Assembly: GCF_018977255.1 (NCBI RefSeq) | Contig: NW_024704742.1 | Coordinates: 5,954,001-6,018,000 of the forward strand | Direction of reading: 5' to 3' | Source: Callorhinchus milii | Taxonomy: Eukaryota | DNA length: 64,000 nt | In this document: one piece after another, positions 40,136-53,281 of the stretch | How the letters are laid out: each line of letters starts with the position of its first letter | Position numbering within the stretch: the stretch's first letter is position 1 | Position numbers and translations under genes: made by a program | Notes under the pieces: model-generated | Seen by the model: the letters and a program-made list of their open reading frames with translations, nothing else | The model's database searches: none | Told to the model about the DNA's origin: nothing

Positions 40136-43100
40136 CGGTTCTAGAGGGAGAAATTTGTGTCAGCAGCGATCTTTCTTTGCAACCACACTTACTTTTTCAA
40201 ATGGAGAGTGGTTTTCAGTTACGGAAAATGTTTGTTTAGAACAGTTGCTGTTTGCATTTCACTGCAGCTTTTTCAGGGCACGTTTTTGTAAGGAGCAGAG
40301 GAAGCTAATCATCTTTTCAAATCGAATGCAACTTTGGAGTCTTTTTTTGCCTCCGTTATGTTCGCTTCGTTTCGTTTTATGAAGTACTTTTTCTGCCAAA
40401 GGAACAATGTGCTGAGGTCATGTTTATTGAGTTCTGCTGAAAGGTCAACACTGCGGCATTTGCTTTTTGCCCTGACACGCAGGGAAACTCAACATCTTGT
40501 TTACGAATATCCAAACCAGACAGAGTGGCACATATATATGCCACCTACACGTGGAAATTGCTTTGTGCCCGAAATGGAATGTGCACTTTCTCCCCCGAGG
40601 GAAAGATCCTGCTTACCCAAAAGCTTAGTATTAGGTGCAGGTTGGCAAGAGCCAACGCGTCGTGACCCGGAATATCTGTTGGGATATTTCTGGTACTGAA
40701 CCGGCCAAAACTGCGCAGCTTGCCGTTGCGAGCACTATCTGGAGAGCTTCCCGCTGCTTAATAATAAAAAATAATCCTTGCGTTTGTTACAGTGCCTTTT
40801 ACGTCAGGAGGATAACTCAAAGCCCTTCACGGGGTTGACTATAAAGTGACTGTGTATTTGCATCCACCAAAATCCAGCCACGGGGTAAGTGACCAATTTT
40901 ATCTGGGGAAATTGTTGGCCAGGACACCGAGAAAAACTCCTCTGTTTGAGTAGTGCCATAGAGTCCAAGGAGACCCTGCTTACCTCTCCTTCCCCCGCCC
41001 CCCCCCACCCCTGGATTATAGACAGTTGGTCTTTGACAGCTGACAAGTACAAGTTTGAACACCGAGTCATAAACTTGCATTCTCTTTCATGATCATCATT
41101 TCCTGCCATTTCCGCGTTAGCTTTCAAATTTCCAGCATTTGCAGTCTCTCTTTTATCTCTCACTTTTAATAATCTCTTCAGTTTGGCTCATACCCAGTTG
41201 AAATTAGACTGTATCTGTGGTTTGGTGAATGAAGATCCCATGGAGACTTGAGAAGTTACCACCCAGTCTAGGTTTGCGTAACACCTGCAGATCACGTACG
41301 ATATCCTACTTTGTACAGACCAAGTTACAGATTCGCAACATGTGAAATCATTACAGCGTCACTGAACAGGATCCTTAAATGACAAAAAGGTGCTTCAAGT
41401 TAAGAACACAAGGACGTAGTTGCCTGACTGATCCATTAACAGTTAAACAAGTTAAAAGCAAATAGTTGCTTCAGTTGGGAGCACTCTCGCCTCTGAGTCC
41501 GACAGTTGTGGGGACATTGTTGTGTGCAAGTTGGCTGCTGTGTTTGTTTGCAAAATACATGGACACTGCACTTTACTGTGTGAAGCTCTTTGAGACGTTC
41601 TCCTGTCGTGCGAGGCGCGATACCAAATGCAAGAATTATTTTAAGTTTACTTTTAGGATTATAAAACAAGTATTGGCGAGCTAAATTAAGAGCAGTGGTT
41701 TAGGTAAATCGATGGGGTGCGGGGAAGGAAAAGAATGGGTTAATGGTCTTCGAGCCATCTATTGGACACTGGAATATCTTTGATGGACGTTAGTTTTGCC
41801 TTAGCATTTTGTTTGATCATCAGCTGTTTCAAACCCTCTACACCCGATCCTTGAACAACAATCTTCATTCTCTGGTTGTTGCCTTACATTCCTATCTCTC
41901 CCTCATCCACATTTTTATCACCTTGAGGCTAGATTTGTCCAACTCCCTCCTCACCGGTCTTCTTAATAATAATAATAAGCCTTACATTTGATATGGCGTC
42001 TTATCGTGTCTTCGAGACGTCTCAAAGCGCTTCACAGGATATACTGTAAATTGAATTGACTGTATATTTTGCGGGCGAAACGTGGCAGCCAATCGCGCAC
42101 AGCAGTGTCCCGCAAACAGTCGTGGATTGAGTGACCAAATTATTATTATTATTTTTTAGCTCATGCCTCCAATGAGCACCAACTCATCCAAAACTCTGCA
42201 GCCCACATTCTCTCCTGGACCAAGCTCTGCATATGATTACCCCCTTCACATGTGCAGGTAGTTACTACTCCACGAAGTAGGATATTCCGTAAAGTGTAGT
42301 GACTGTGTATTCTGGTAGAAACCCCTTCTCTGTCAGCGCAATGGGTATCCCCCAGCAATGGAGTGGAGGGTCAGTCTAATCTGTGAGGTCAAAGTTCCAA
42401 TGCGAGACTCAACGCCACGATTTTCTGACTCAGAGACCAGAGTGATACCAGAGAGGCTGACAATTGTATCTGCACAAGACAGTGATACTGGCACGAAGGA
42501 GCAGTCTCCTCTCGTGGCCAGAAACTAATAGGTGAAACTGTCATTGTGTCTGGGTGAGATCAGGCGGCTGAAAGGGAGAGACAACGCTGTGGTGAATGGA
42601 GTGACTCACAGGGTGTAGGATTGCTCGGGATGGGTGAGGGATTCAGGAATGTACCCGGGAAGGAGGTTACAGTCCGGAGAAGGCACTCAAGTGGAGGAGT
42701 GTGTTTCCTTGACATTCCCGTCAAGGCAGGTAACATTACGTGTGGCTGGAGAGCTGCCAGAATACGCCAGGTACAAAAAACATACTCACACCTTAAACAC
42801 ACTATGATAATAATAGTAATGATAATAATAATCCTTGCATTTGATATAGAGCTTTATCATGTGGAGACGTCTCAAAACGCTTCACAGGCAATACTGCAAA
42901 GCGAATCGACTGTGTATTTTGTTGGCGAAAAGCGGCAGCCAGTTGCGCACAGCAGCGTCTCCACAAACAGTCATGGATTCACGGCCACTGATGGCAAATT
43001 GGAGGAAATCGGAGGCCGGAGGCAGCTGAGCGAAGGGAGCAGTGTGTGGAGAGGGTTGCAGAGCAGGTCGAAGACAGTAGGGAGATGCCAGGGCATGAAC

Positions 43101-44369
43101 TGATTCGTACACAAGTCTGAGGATCTTGAAATTGATCCATTCTGTAATAGGAAGCCTGGCAAGGACTGGGGTGGTGAGGGTACGGAGTTTGGTGCGGGTG
43201 AGGATAAATGCGGCGGAGTTTTTGAATGAATTGGATTCCACGAACGCTATAACCACCTGGAGAGACCAACGAGGAGGGCGTTGGAGTAATCGAGGCGAGA
43301 GGCGATGAATGTAGGAGGTCACACAACATATGCCACACACCAAAACCAACACGCATAAAGCACACATACAACCCCACCAAATACACACCATCAACACACA
43401 CGCTCACACACGCGCGCACGTAGAACACACACAGCCTGCAGATACACTACATGAAATACTCTCTCTCCCCTTTACTCTCCCCCCCACCAACTCCACCCCC
43501 CACAGCACCCCCCCCCCCCCCACCCCACAAACAAGCCCGGCACCACATTAAAGGAGCAGGCAGCAGGCAGCACGCCAGGGAGTGTGGTGAGGAGATGAGG
43601 ATGACAGGCTCCTTTGAAGTTTGTCTCCTTTTCCTAAGTGCTATTTCTCTGAGGTAGGGAGGTGAGGAACGGGGAAGAGCTTTGTGCAATACTTTGTGCC
43701 ACCTGTAATTTTCAGTCTGTAATTAATCCCCGCCGTACAATAGAATTACAATGACTCCCACAAGGGCTGACTGTGCCTGCAGGCAAGTGCTTTTAAACAG
43801 CGGTGCGATGTGTGGAAGAAGGCAGCCGGGAGGCAGTTTGCTAGTCACATTGTCCTCGTAATCGGGCACCGTTTCCTCTGCACCCACTGAATTACATTGC
43901 CTTTTCAGACGGTGCTGCGGCTTTCTCGGTTGCTCTGGATCGGCCATTGTTTCAACACAAACACACGCACAAACGCACACCTGCCCTGTCTCGTTGCTTT
44001 GCCTCGCAGGCATTAAGAGGTACCTCGGGTCAGCCCACTTGTCCCGGGTCACCTCTCTGCTTCGGTCAGGTACATTTGCACGCGTATGTGTGTTTTCGTG
44101 TACTGTCACTGTTGCATAAAACTCTTCTCTTGTACTGCGCTCCTCCGCACCGCTAAAGAAGTGTGGCTCAGCAAAGCGGACACACCAGCCCTCTTTACAC
44201 TGAAGACACAGTAAGAAAGGTACGGCAGGTTACGGATATATTCACACCGCCCACTGTGACTCTGATGATAAAGCCATCACCTTCTCTGAACAGGAACTGT
44301 ACAGGTCACAGGCTGGAGTCATGGTCTGGCCTCAGCCAGCCGGTCGCTCTGACTGTATTGCTGACTGTG

Positions 44370-46325
44370 TACACAAAAACACACACAGACACACACCACA
44401 CAGACACACATACACACACACACACAAACAAACACACACACACACAAACACAAAACCTTACTGACACTACACACACGTAGACACACAGAACACACACACA
44501 GACACACCACAGCAGTACAGACACACACAGTAGATCACTTATCAGTCCCTCTGACTGTATTCCTCACAGTTCCTGATTGTATACCCAGACGCTAATCAAT
44601 GACTGGAACAGTTTGCCAGGAAAGGTGGTTGAAGCCAGGACCACTGGACTGTAAAGCCGCTGGATGCTGCGATGTGGTGATGCCCTGGAGCGATGAGGTT
44701 GGGCGGACTGAAGGGACTTTCTTCATCCAGATCAATCTTGTGATCTTGTGATGACAGTCAGGGTAGAGAGATCAGCACTTCCTCACTCTGACTGACTGTA
44801 TTCTTGATGGTATATAACAGGCAGATCAGAGTTGATCACTTATCACTTCTCTCTGACCGTGTGCTCCTGATTGTACCTAACAGACACTACAATTGGCTAT
44901 AGGTTCCTAACTGCTGGCCAAGGTGCCTCTTCTACTGCTGCCAGAAGCACTCTATAGCTGGTCAGGGAGAGCTCGCTGAGCACTCTCCACTCTCCCCTCC
45001 CTGAAGACACTGACCGTACTGGGATAGAGAGTATCAGGCGCTCCTCTCAAACTGTTTGGCCCACAATGGACTTTCCGTTGTGTGCTCCCTGGATAGTGAG
45101 CAGGGAGGTGTGTGTGTGTGTGCGCGTGTGTAAGCGAGAGCGTGCGTATGCAAGTGCGTGTGTGTAAGAGGGTGTCCGTGGTGCACGTAAGTGTGCATGT
45201 GAGAGCATGTTAGTGTGTGTGTGTGTGTGTGTGTGTACATGTGAGGACGTCAAGAGTGCACGTGGAGAATGTGTGTGGGTCGGGGCGTAGGTGTCGGTGT
45301 CTGTGTGGAGGCGTGTGTGAATGAGAGTGTGTTTATGTTTAGGCGAGCGTGAGTGTGTGAGGAGGGTGGGCGAAACGTTGAGCGTGTAAAGTGAGGGTGT
45401 GAGCGTTGCAGCTGACACCCAAATCTACTTTTCCACGTCCGCTCTCGATCAGAGAGGAGTGGATGTGAGGGTGTGTGTGTGTGTGTGTGTGTTTGGAGAT
45501 AAGGCCTAGATCTGATTCTCCGCAGCGCTGTGAAGCACACTCAACAGAACATCAAGAAGATTCCGGTTTACAAGCTGGCTCCAGGAAATAAAAGCCTGAT
45601 TATTTCCTCTGCACATTTGTGGAGCTGCAACAAAGTCTTTTCCCATGCAGCTCACTCTGAACCCAGCGCAATAAATTATTTCATTTAAAAATAAAAAGTT
45701 TTTTTTTTAGCCTCTGGTCAACCGAATTGCGCTCGGGCTTTTGGGTTCAAGCCAAGCCGTGTGTATGTGATATCTGAAATCAGATAATGTGGGGCTGCTG
45801 TCAAATTCCTGCACTAAAGGAAGAATCGGATTACAATAAAACCAAACAGATTTTTTTTCAATAGAAACATTTCCCTCCCGATTGTTTTTCTCTCCTCCTC
45901 TCATGAAGGCACTGACTCATGCTGGTTACAGTTTCACAGGTGCCGACTGCCCTCTAGTACCTCGCCCTTGTTCCTTTCTTTACGTGTCGGCTCGGTGTCA
46001 GACTGTGTGTGTGTGTGTGTATGTGTGTCTGTGGTGTGACTGTGTGTGGTTTCTGTGTGTGTTTGGTGTATACGTCTCTTGTCTGCTGTGTGTCTGTACT
46101 GCTGTGGTGTGTCTGTGTGTGCGCGTGTGTCTCTGTGTGTGTGGTGATGTTTTGTGTTTATGTGTGTGTGTGTGTGCGTGCTGTGTGTCTACGTGTGTGT
46201 TTGTGCGTCTGCGGTACGTGGCACATGTGCAGTGTGTGTGTCTGCTTGTCGCGGTATGTGTTTGGTTTGTGTGTTTATGCGTGTCTGCTTGTGTGCATCT
46301 GTAGTGTGTGTGTGGGTGTGTGATT
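44370..46325. repeat. Cluster of degenerate CA/TG low-complexity tracts (44370-44530, 45105-45495, 46000-46325)
   Basis: Directly visible; explains the C/V- and H/T-rich pseudo-ORFs. Confidence 0.9.
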
Positions 46326-46534
46326 GGGGGAAAACCTACGTATCTATATATACACAGGGTACCGTGAATACACACCACAGATTACTGGAGAGGTTTAAGT
46401 GAAGAAGGCCCTTCAACTCATTTGATCTCATCCTTCCAGAATACCTGCCCTACCGTCCCCCCATTACAACACCAAGTTCTCAGCTACCCGGCCTCAACCG
46501 CCCTCCCTTCCAGGCTGTGATCATCTCAGATGAT

Positions 46535-46830
46535 TATAATAATAATAATAATAATCCTTGCATTTGATGTAGCGCCTTATCACAACTTCGAGACGTCTCA
46601 AAGCGCTTCACAGAACATACTGTAAAGTGAATTGACTGTATATTTTGTGGGCGAAAAGGTGTCCCTCAAACAGTTGTGGACTGAGTGACCAATTTATTAT
46701 TGAAGGAATTATTACCCCCGGAAAAACGATCTGCCAATCGACTAACAACCGGGTTCCTACTTACCGCGAGGTAAACAGAGGGGGTGTGGAGTAAGGAAAC
46801 TTGCCCAACGTTTCTCTCTGCCCAGGAATC
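46535..46830 (-). mobile_element. SINE, long subfamily, 5'-truncated
   Basis: Similarity to the SINE family. Confidence 0.8.
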
Positions 46831-48552
46831 AATCTACCTGTGCATTAAGTGTCACAGGTGACTGACCTGTTAAGCGTTTGTTAAAACCATCCCCGGACAC
46901 CGTTAACAGTTCTCTGAATGGAATCTGGCTCAGTCATTCAGAAACTGATACCAGTTTTCTCTCTCTCTCTCTCTCTTTCTGTGGATGCGCCTCATTGCAA
47001 AACTTAACGGTTTTACTGTTAAGGGTGAATGAATCATTTGGACTTTTTAAGAAAATTACACTGCAACTTTTATGGCAATTATTGTGGTTTATTGCCTGTA
47101 AAATCCCTCTACAACTTTCCCTACCCATGTACACTCGAGCAAACCCCTCCTCCACCACCATTCTTCCTCAACGTTTGCAACTATCCAACAACGTTTTCTA
47201 ACATATTTTATAATAATAAAGATAATCCTTGCATGTAATGCAGTAAGCCTTATCACATCGTTGAGACATCACAATGCTCTTCATGTGATTTTTACTGTAA
47301 TTACTGTGTGCTTTTCAGGTGAACGGGATGCTTGAGATGCACTTAGCAGTGTCCCACAAAGAGCTATGAAGCGACTGACCAATTTTATCATCAGAATCGT
47401 AATTTAATTATTATCTTGTTTAAAAGAAAACCTATTGATCCGTTACAGGCACCTATTGCAATGTTATTGATCCTTTTCAGATGGGGGAAATATCCCACCT
47501 GGGTCTCGATTCACTCCATTGAAATGGCATTTCGGAAGTGTGTGCAATTTGGCAAATCGGTGAATTCAGTCTTCGTTCTACAGTGGGTATTCTGTCATTC
47601 GTGAAAAGAGACTTATAGAAAAACAGCTTGAAAATTAAAGCTGCATTTAGGAATTTGCTAAACCCTGTGTGCGTTCGCTCCGAAATGCTACGGGAATGGA
47701 GCAAATCTAGTAGATCTAGATTCAAGCGAAATTTCTCGGCATCATCTATACATTCCAGTGCAGTACTGGAGGGGATGCCGTGTGAATGGAGGAGCCATCC
47801 TTTGGATGAGAGTTGAGCCAAGCTCCCGCCTGCCCGTCCCGACAGTTGGTGACCCTACGGTACTATTCTACAGAGGAGCAGGGAATTCTTCTGCTTTCCT
47901 GGCCGACATTCTCCCCTCATCCCGATTCACCAAGAAAACCACACGCAGCAACGGATCAATTGGTCCGTCTGTTGTTGGTGGGGAACGTTGGTGGCCTGAG
48001 TTAGCTTCCACGTTTAGAACCACGGATCAATGAACCTGTTATGATGGATTATTAGATTATTAACTGACCCATCTTTTAATTCCATTCCCACTTTCTCTCC
48101 GGATCCCTTTAAAGCTTTTACTTCACGTATCTCTCCATCTCCTCTTTAAGACATTCCAGTTGATGCTGCCTGTACAGCCTTCTGGTGCGATGCATTCCAC
48201 AACCCTCTGTGTGCAGAAAAGTTTTCTGACCCAGCCCTAACTTTAAGATTATGCCCCCTTGTTTTGGATTCTCTCTACCAGAGGGAGAGAGTCATCCGCT
48301 AACAGGTTGTCAATTGCCTTCATTATTTTAATGCCTGCATAATAGTCACTTCACTTCAAAGTGTGTTATGTGAAGTTCTTTTAGATATTTTGGCGTGATA
48401 AGGTGCTGTGGCGAATTCAGGTTTTATTTTATGCTGACATTCTCATAAACCAAAGGCAATAGAAAAATTGGTGTATTTGCTAATGATACGTGAATCAATG
48501 TTGTGAATCAATTCAACCATTAAAGTTGTCCACAAAAGATAAATCTTAGAAC

Positions 48553-48812
48553 TGGAGTCCTGTAGCTCAGCGGTTAGAGCACTCGCCTTGCAAGCGAGAG
48601 ACATGGGTTCGATTCCTTGGGCAAGGCAGGGAGAAACCTTGGATTTGCTCCATTCCCATAGCATTTCCCTCGAGAAAAAAAATTGGCTGCTGAGTTTCAC
48701 CCACAAATATACAGTCAATTCACTTTACAGTATATTCCGTGAAGCGCTTTGAGACGTCTCGAAGACATCAAATGCAAGGATTATTATTGTTATTATTATT
48801 ACTATTATTATT
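48553..48812 (+). mobile_element. tRNA-Ala SINE with its middle replaced by foreign sequence
   Basis: Intact head to AAACCTTGG, ~40 bp non-SINE sequence, then resumes at AATTGGCTGC. Confidence 0.85.
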
Positions 48813-49036
48813 ATATAATAATCCTTATATTTGATAGAGCACCTTTCATGCCAGGTGGATATCTCAAAGCACTTCATAGGATTTATTGTAAAGTGCAGTA
48901 AATGTGTATTGTGGGCAAATGTTTAAAAGACGGCTTGAAAAAACATAGAGACTAATTCCACAGGGAATGGCTGTTTCTGCCCACTGTTCCTCTCCCTCTC
49001 TGGCTGTCTCGTCTTTTTAAAATCTACCACAAAGTC

Positions 49037-49445
49037 AACAACAACAACAACAACTTGGATTTATATAGCGCCCTCCAAGGCGGACGGCGTCTCAGAGCGC
49101 TTCACAGTAACGGATCCCGGGGCCGAGCCAGGGGGAGGGGGGGGGAAGGTGACCAAAGGTGCGGTTGAAAAGAAAGGTCTTCAGCCGAGACCTGAAAATA
49201 GGAAGAGAGGGGACGAGATGAAGGGAGTGAGGAAGGGAGTTCCAGAGCCTCGGGGTGTAGCGGCTGAAGGCACGGCCGCTGAGGGTGGAGTGGAGGACTC
49301 GGGGGACGAGGAAGAGGCCAGACCCGGTGGAGTGAAGGCAACGGGCACTGTTGTGAGGAGAGAGGAGGTCAGAGAAGTCGGGGTGTGCAGAAGAGGGGAG
49401 GGATTTGAAGACAAGAGTGAGGATCTTGAAGTTGATCCTCTCTGG
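49037..49445 (-). mobile_element. Young L2 LINE 3' end
   Basis: Highly similar to 30345-30745; (GTT)n tail. Confidence 0.9.
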
Positions 49446-50004
49446 GAAAGTCTTGTAAGAACATAATGACTTGGTCGAAGCCTCAGCCCTTACCACAGTT
49501 CCCGCTCGTCTGTTCCTCCAGTCCAGGAAGAAGATGGACAGGAAAGTACCGCTCGCCCTGTGTCACAAGAAACGTTTGCAACGATTTGCAACTAAAATGA
49601 AGGTTTACCGTTTGCAACAGGATGGTGCTGGTGGTACAAATCTCCTGATTAAGTTCGGTCAGTAATCGTTTACAGATGAATATCCGTGGAAAATGTGGTT
49701 GAGAGATGTAAAAAGCACTGTATAAGTCCCAGCTGGTGTTATTGTCACAGAGTAATAATAATAATAATAATCCGTGCATTTGATTTAGCGCCTTATCACG
49801 TCTTCGAGACGTCTCAAAGCGTTACACAGAATATACCGTAAAGCGAATTGGCTGTATATTTTGTGGCAAAACACGGTAGCTAATTGCGCACAGCAGCGTC
49901 CCACAAACAGGATTGAGTGACCTTATTATCACTATTTTTTTTGCAAGAGTACTCTTGCAGTCCTGTGAGTGCTATCTCTTTTTAATCTGTTTTCTTTCTG
50001 CTCG

Positions 50005-50408
50005 GTTGGTAGAACTCTCGCCTCTGAGATCAAGGTTGCTGGTTGAAGCCCACGTCGGGACCTTGAGCTGGTATCGTCCAGGTTGACACTCCATTGCAGT
50101 GCTGGGAAAGTGTTGCATTATCGGATGTGCCGTCCGTTGGGCGAGACCTCAAATCCCGAAGACCCATCTCCCTGCTCAAGTGGACGTTAACGATCCTATG
50201 GCACCATTCAGAAAGAGAAGCGGATTTCTTCCAGTGTCCCGGCCCATAACTTCCCCCAATAAAATTGGTCACTCACTCCATGGGTGTTCGTGGGACATCG
50301 CTGTGTGCAAATTGTTCTGCTGCATTTGACAACACGGTCACTGCACTTCGTAAGAAATCACGTGAAGCTCTTTTTGAGAGGTTATATCAACTGCAAGGAT
50401 GATTATTA
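50005..50408 (+). mobile_element. Near full-length old Deu-type (SacSINE1-like) SINE
   Basis: GGTAGAACTCTCGCCTCTGAG head, GTGGACGTTAACGATCCTATGGCAC middle and Deu-like body. Confidence 0.75.
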
Positions 50409-51824
50409 TTGATCACAATCAGCTTTGACTATCTGGGATGTCTGCCCCCAGCATTTCCCTACAGCAGCTGCAGGCCATCCAGAACTCCGCAGCTCATGTT
50501 CTCTCCCACACCAGGCTCCACGAGTCTATCACCCTCATCCTCGGTGCTACTGACTCCCCAGCGAATAGAATTCTAAATCCTTGGTTCTCACTTTCGAACC
50601 CCTCCACGGTCTCGCCCTCTTCCTACGTCTGTGACCTCCTGCGATTCTACACCCCCATCCGCGGATGATCTTTCAGCCACTCCACTCGCGCTCTCTGAAA
50701 CTCCAGCTTTGACTTGCCCCCTCCCTCCCCACCTTTAAAATCCACCTTAACCCCCCCCCCCCACCTCCCCTCTACCCCACTTTGGCTCTCCCCAGGCACT
50801 ATACCAAATGCAAGGATTATTACTCATATTGAGGTCAAATTTGCAATGGTTTGTAATGGAATTCCTTAACAAAGTTCATTCCGGTAACAGGAAGTGTATC
50901 ACATCAACCAATTAGAAGCAGTTTGTGTAGGCGCGAGTGGGACTGTGGGTCACCAGGTCGCTCCTGCTCACTGGAAGGAGACTCCCATTTGCAACACGAA
51001 GACCTTATTGTTAACTTATTGTTACGTTAGGGATTTGCTGGTGTTCGGGGTTCTCTGCTGATCGTCTGCCAACACTCCCACAGTTGCGGAATGAGGCTAC
51101 ACGGCACATTGACATTCCGGTGGAGCCGGGAGACAGAAGCAGTTTGCAGGGGTGAGATAATGACACGAACTGTAGGCTATCTACTTCACTCGGTTTTAGG
51201 ATCTTTGGTGCCCGACTAATTATTGATCCTTGCAACGCATGAATTCCATCGCTGTACACCATCAAAAGGTCAGAATTGCTTCTGAATAATCAAACACACG
51301 GGGAAGTTCGCTTTGAAAACATCCTGGCCGACAATTCTCAGGCTAAAAATTGATCGTATTGATTGATTAGAATTGATTAAACATTGATTGATTGATTGAT
51401 TGATTGCCTCGCATGAAGGGGCTACATAAATGCAAGTTGTTGTTGTCATTGTTGCTGTTCACTTCGTCGCTGCCTGTGGGACACTGCTCTGGGCAAATTA
51501 GTTGTTGCAATTGCCTCCAAAAATACACAGTCACTACATCGTACAGTAACTCCTATAAAGTGCTTTGAGAGGTCCTCGTGACATGAAAGGTGCTGTATCA
51601 AATGCAAGAATTATTATTATTATTACTATTATTATTTCTCATTCTACCATCAAACAGATACAGACAAGCCCTCTGCTGTACATTTGACTTTGGTTGTGTG
51701 TTAGAATGCTTCCATTTCCACTACTAAACTCTGCTGCTGTTCAATATGTCTCGCCCCGCTCACAGAATTCCTTTAATTGATTCCTATTTGGACATATTTC
51801 GGAAGTAAATGCATAACGTAATAC

Positions 51825-52066
51825 TAATAATAATAATCCTTGCATATGATATAGTGCTATTCACGTCTTCGAGACGTCTCGAAGTGCTTCACGCAATGTA
51901 CTGTGAATTGACTGTATAATTGTGGATGAAACATGGCAGCCAATTGCACACAGCAGTGTCCCACAAGGATTAAGGAAACTTGCCTAAAGTTTCGCCCTGC
52001 CGGGAATCAAACCCAGGTCTCTTGTTTGCGAGGCGAGTGCTCTAACCACTGAGCTACAGGACTCCA
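51825..52066 (-). mobile_element. tRNA-Ala SINE
   Basis: Head ends at GGACTCCAC; divergent from the next copy. Confidence 0.85.
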
Positions 52067-52208
52067 CTTTACAAAGTGAGCGGGAGCCTGAGCGGGGAGG
52101 GAGACAGCACTCAGTGACTGACGGGACTTGACGTCTGACAGGCTGTCTGTCGGAAGAGACGGCAACGTGGAATAGAATGAATATAACATGAATAAAACCA
52201 AAATTCAT

Positions 52209-52529
52209 GTGGAGTCCTGTAGCTCAGTGGTTAGAGCACTCGCTTTGCAAGCGAGAGACCTGAGTTCAATTCCAGGCAGAGGGCGAAACCTTGGGCAAGT
52301 TTCCTTACTCCACACAGAGCCTAATAATAATCCCTCCAAAACCAAAAACAATAATAAATTGGTCATTTTCAATCCACGACTGTTTGTGGGACATTGCTGT
52401 GCGCAATTGGCTGCCGCGTTCGCCCTCAAATACACAGTCAATTCACTTTACAGTGTGTTCTGTGAAGCGCTTTGGGACGTCCTCCCGACGTGAAAAGCGC
52501 TATATCAAATGCAAGGATTATTATTATTA
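52209..52529 (+). mobile_element. Full-length young tRNA-Ala(TGC) SINE, used as reference copy
   Basis: A box TAGCTCAGTGG, anticodon loop TTTGCAA, B box GTTCAATTCC, L2-like tail and (TTA)n. Confidence 0.92.
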
Positions 52530-52809
52530 AAATGGCTGCACGCAATGTCAGAGAAGAACTTGTCTCAATTATATTATTGCGAAAGGTTCAAAATACTTTT
52601 GAATCACTGATTTCATCACCTCTTCCCCCCCCCCCCCCCCCCCCCAAGCTTGGCATCAAGGCACTGTTACGTGCTCCGAGACGCTGCTGTATAAGAGCCC
52701 GTTGCCGTTACATAAAATTTACAATAACTATTGTCAGAGCCGTTCATTAAAAGACCAGAGGGACTGAGGGAGTGCTATGTTGTGGGGTGACCCATCTTCC
52801 TGGTCAGGT

Positions 52810-53281
52810 GGCGTCCTGTAGCTTAGTGTTATTAATAAATAATTAAAACATGTGCGTATGGATCAATTTATCAGTTAGGCGCACAAATACAATTATAGGA
52901 ATTCTGATCTCAGAGCACTCACCTCACAAGCGAGAGGACCCGGGTTAGATTCCCGGGCAGGGAGAAATGTTGGGCAGGTTTCTGTACTCCGTACGCCTCT
53001 GTTCACCCAAAAGTAAGTAGGAACTCGGTTGTTAGTCAATTGACGGATTTCACTTTTCCGGGGGTAGAAATAGCTTCGAAAAACGAAATGAATAATAATT
53101 CGGTCAATCAATCAATCCGCAAATGTTTCTGGACGCTGCTGTGCGCAATTGGCTGCCGCGTTTCGCCCACAAAATATACACTCAATTCACTTTACGGTAT
53201 ATCCTGTGAAGCGCTTTGAGACGTCTCGAAGACGTGATAAGGCGCATCTCAAATGCAAAGACTATTATTATTATTATTATT
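52810..53281 (+). mobile_element. tRNA-Ala SINE, long subfamily, with an ~80-bp insert in the head
   Basis: GTCCTGTAGCTTAGTGTT [insert] AGAGCACTC... Confidence 0.8.

Noticed and set aside
43723..44109. 128-aa minus-strand ORF
   Set aside because: No recognisable domain, includes TG-repeat translation, and is better explained as regulatory DNA
44306..46402. Cys/Val-rich and His/Thr-rich ORFs
   Set aside because: Translations of TG/CA microsatellites
52209..52285. tRNA-Ala gene calls at SINE heads
   Set aside because: The acceptor stem is incomplete, there is no poly-T terminator, and each head runs into a SINE body
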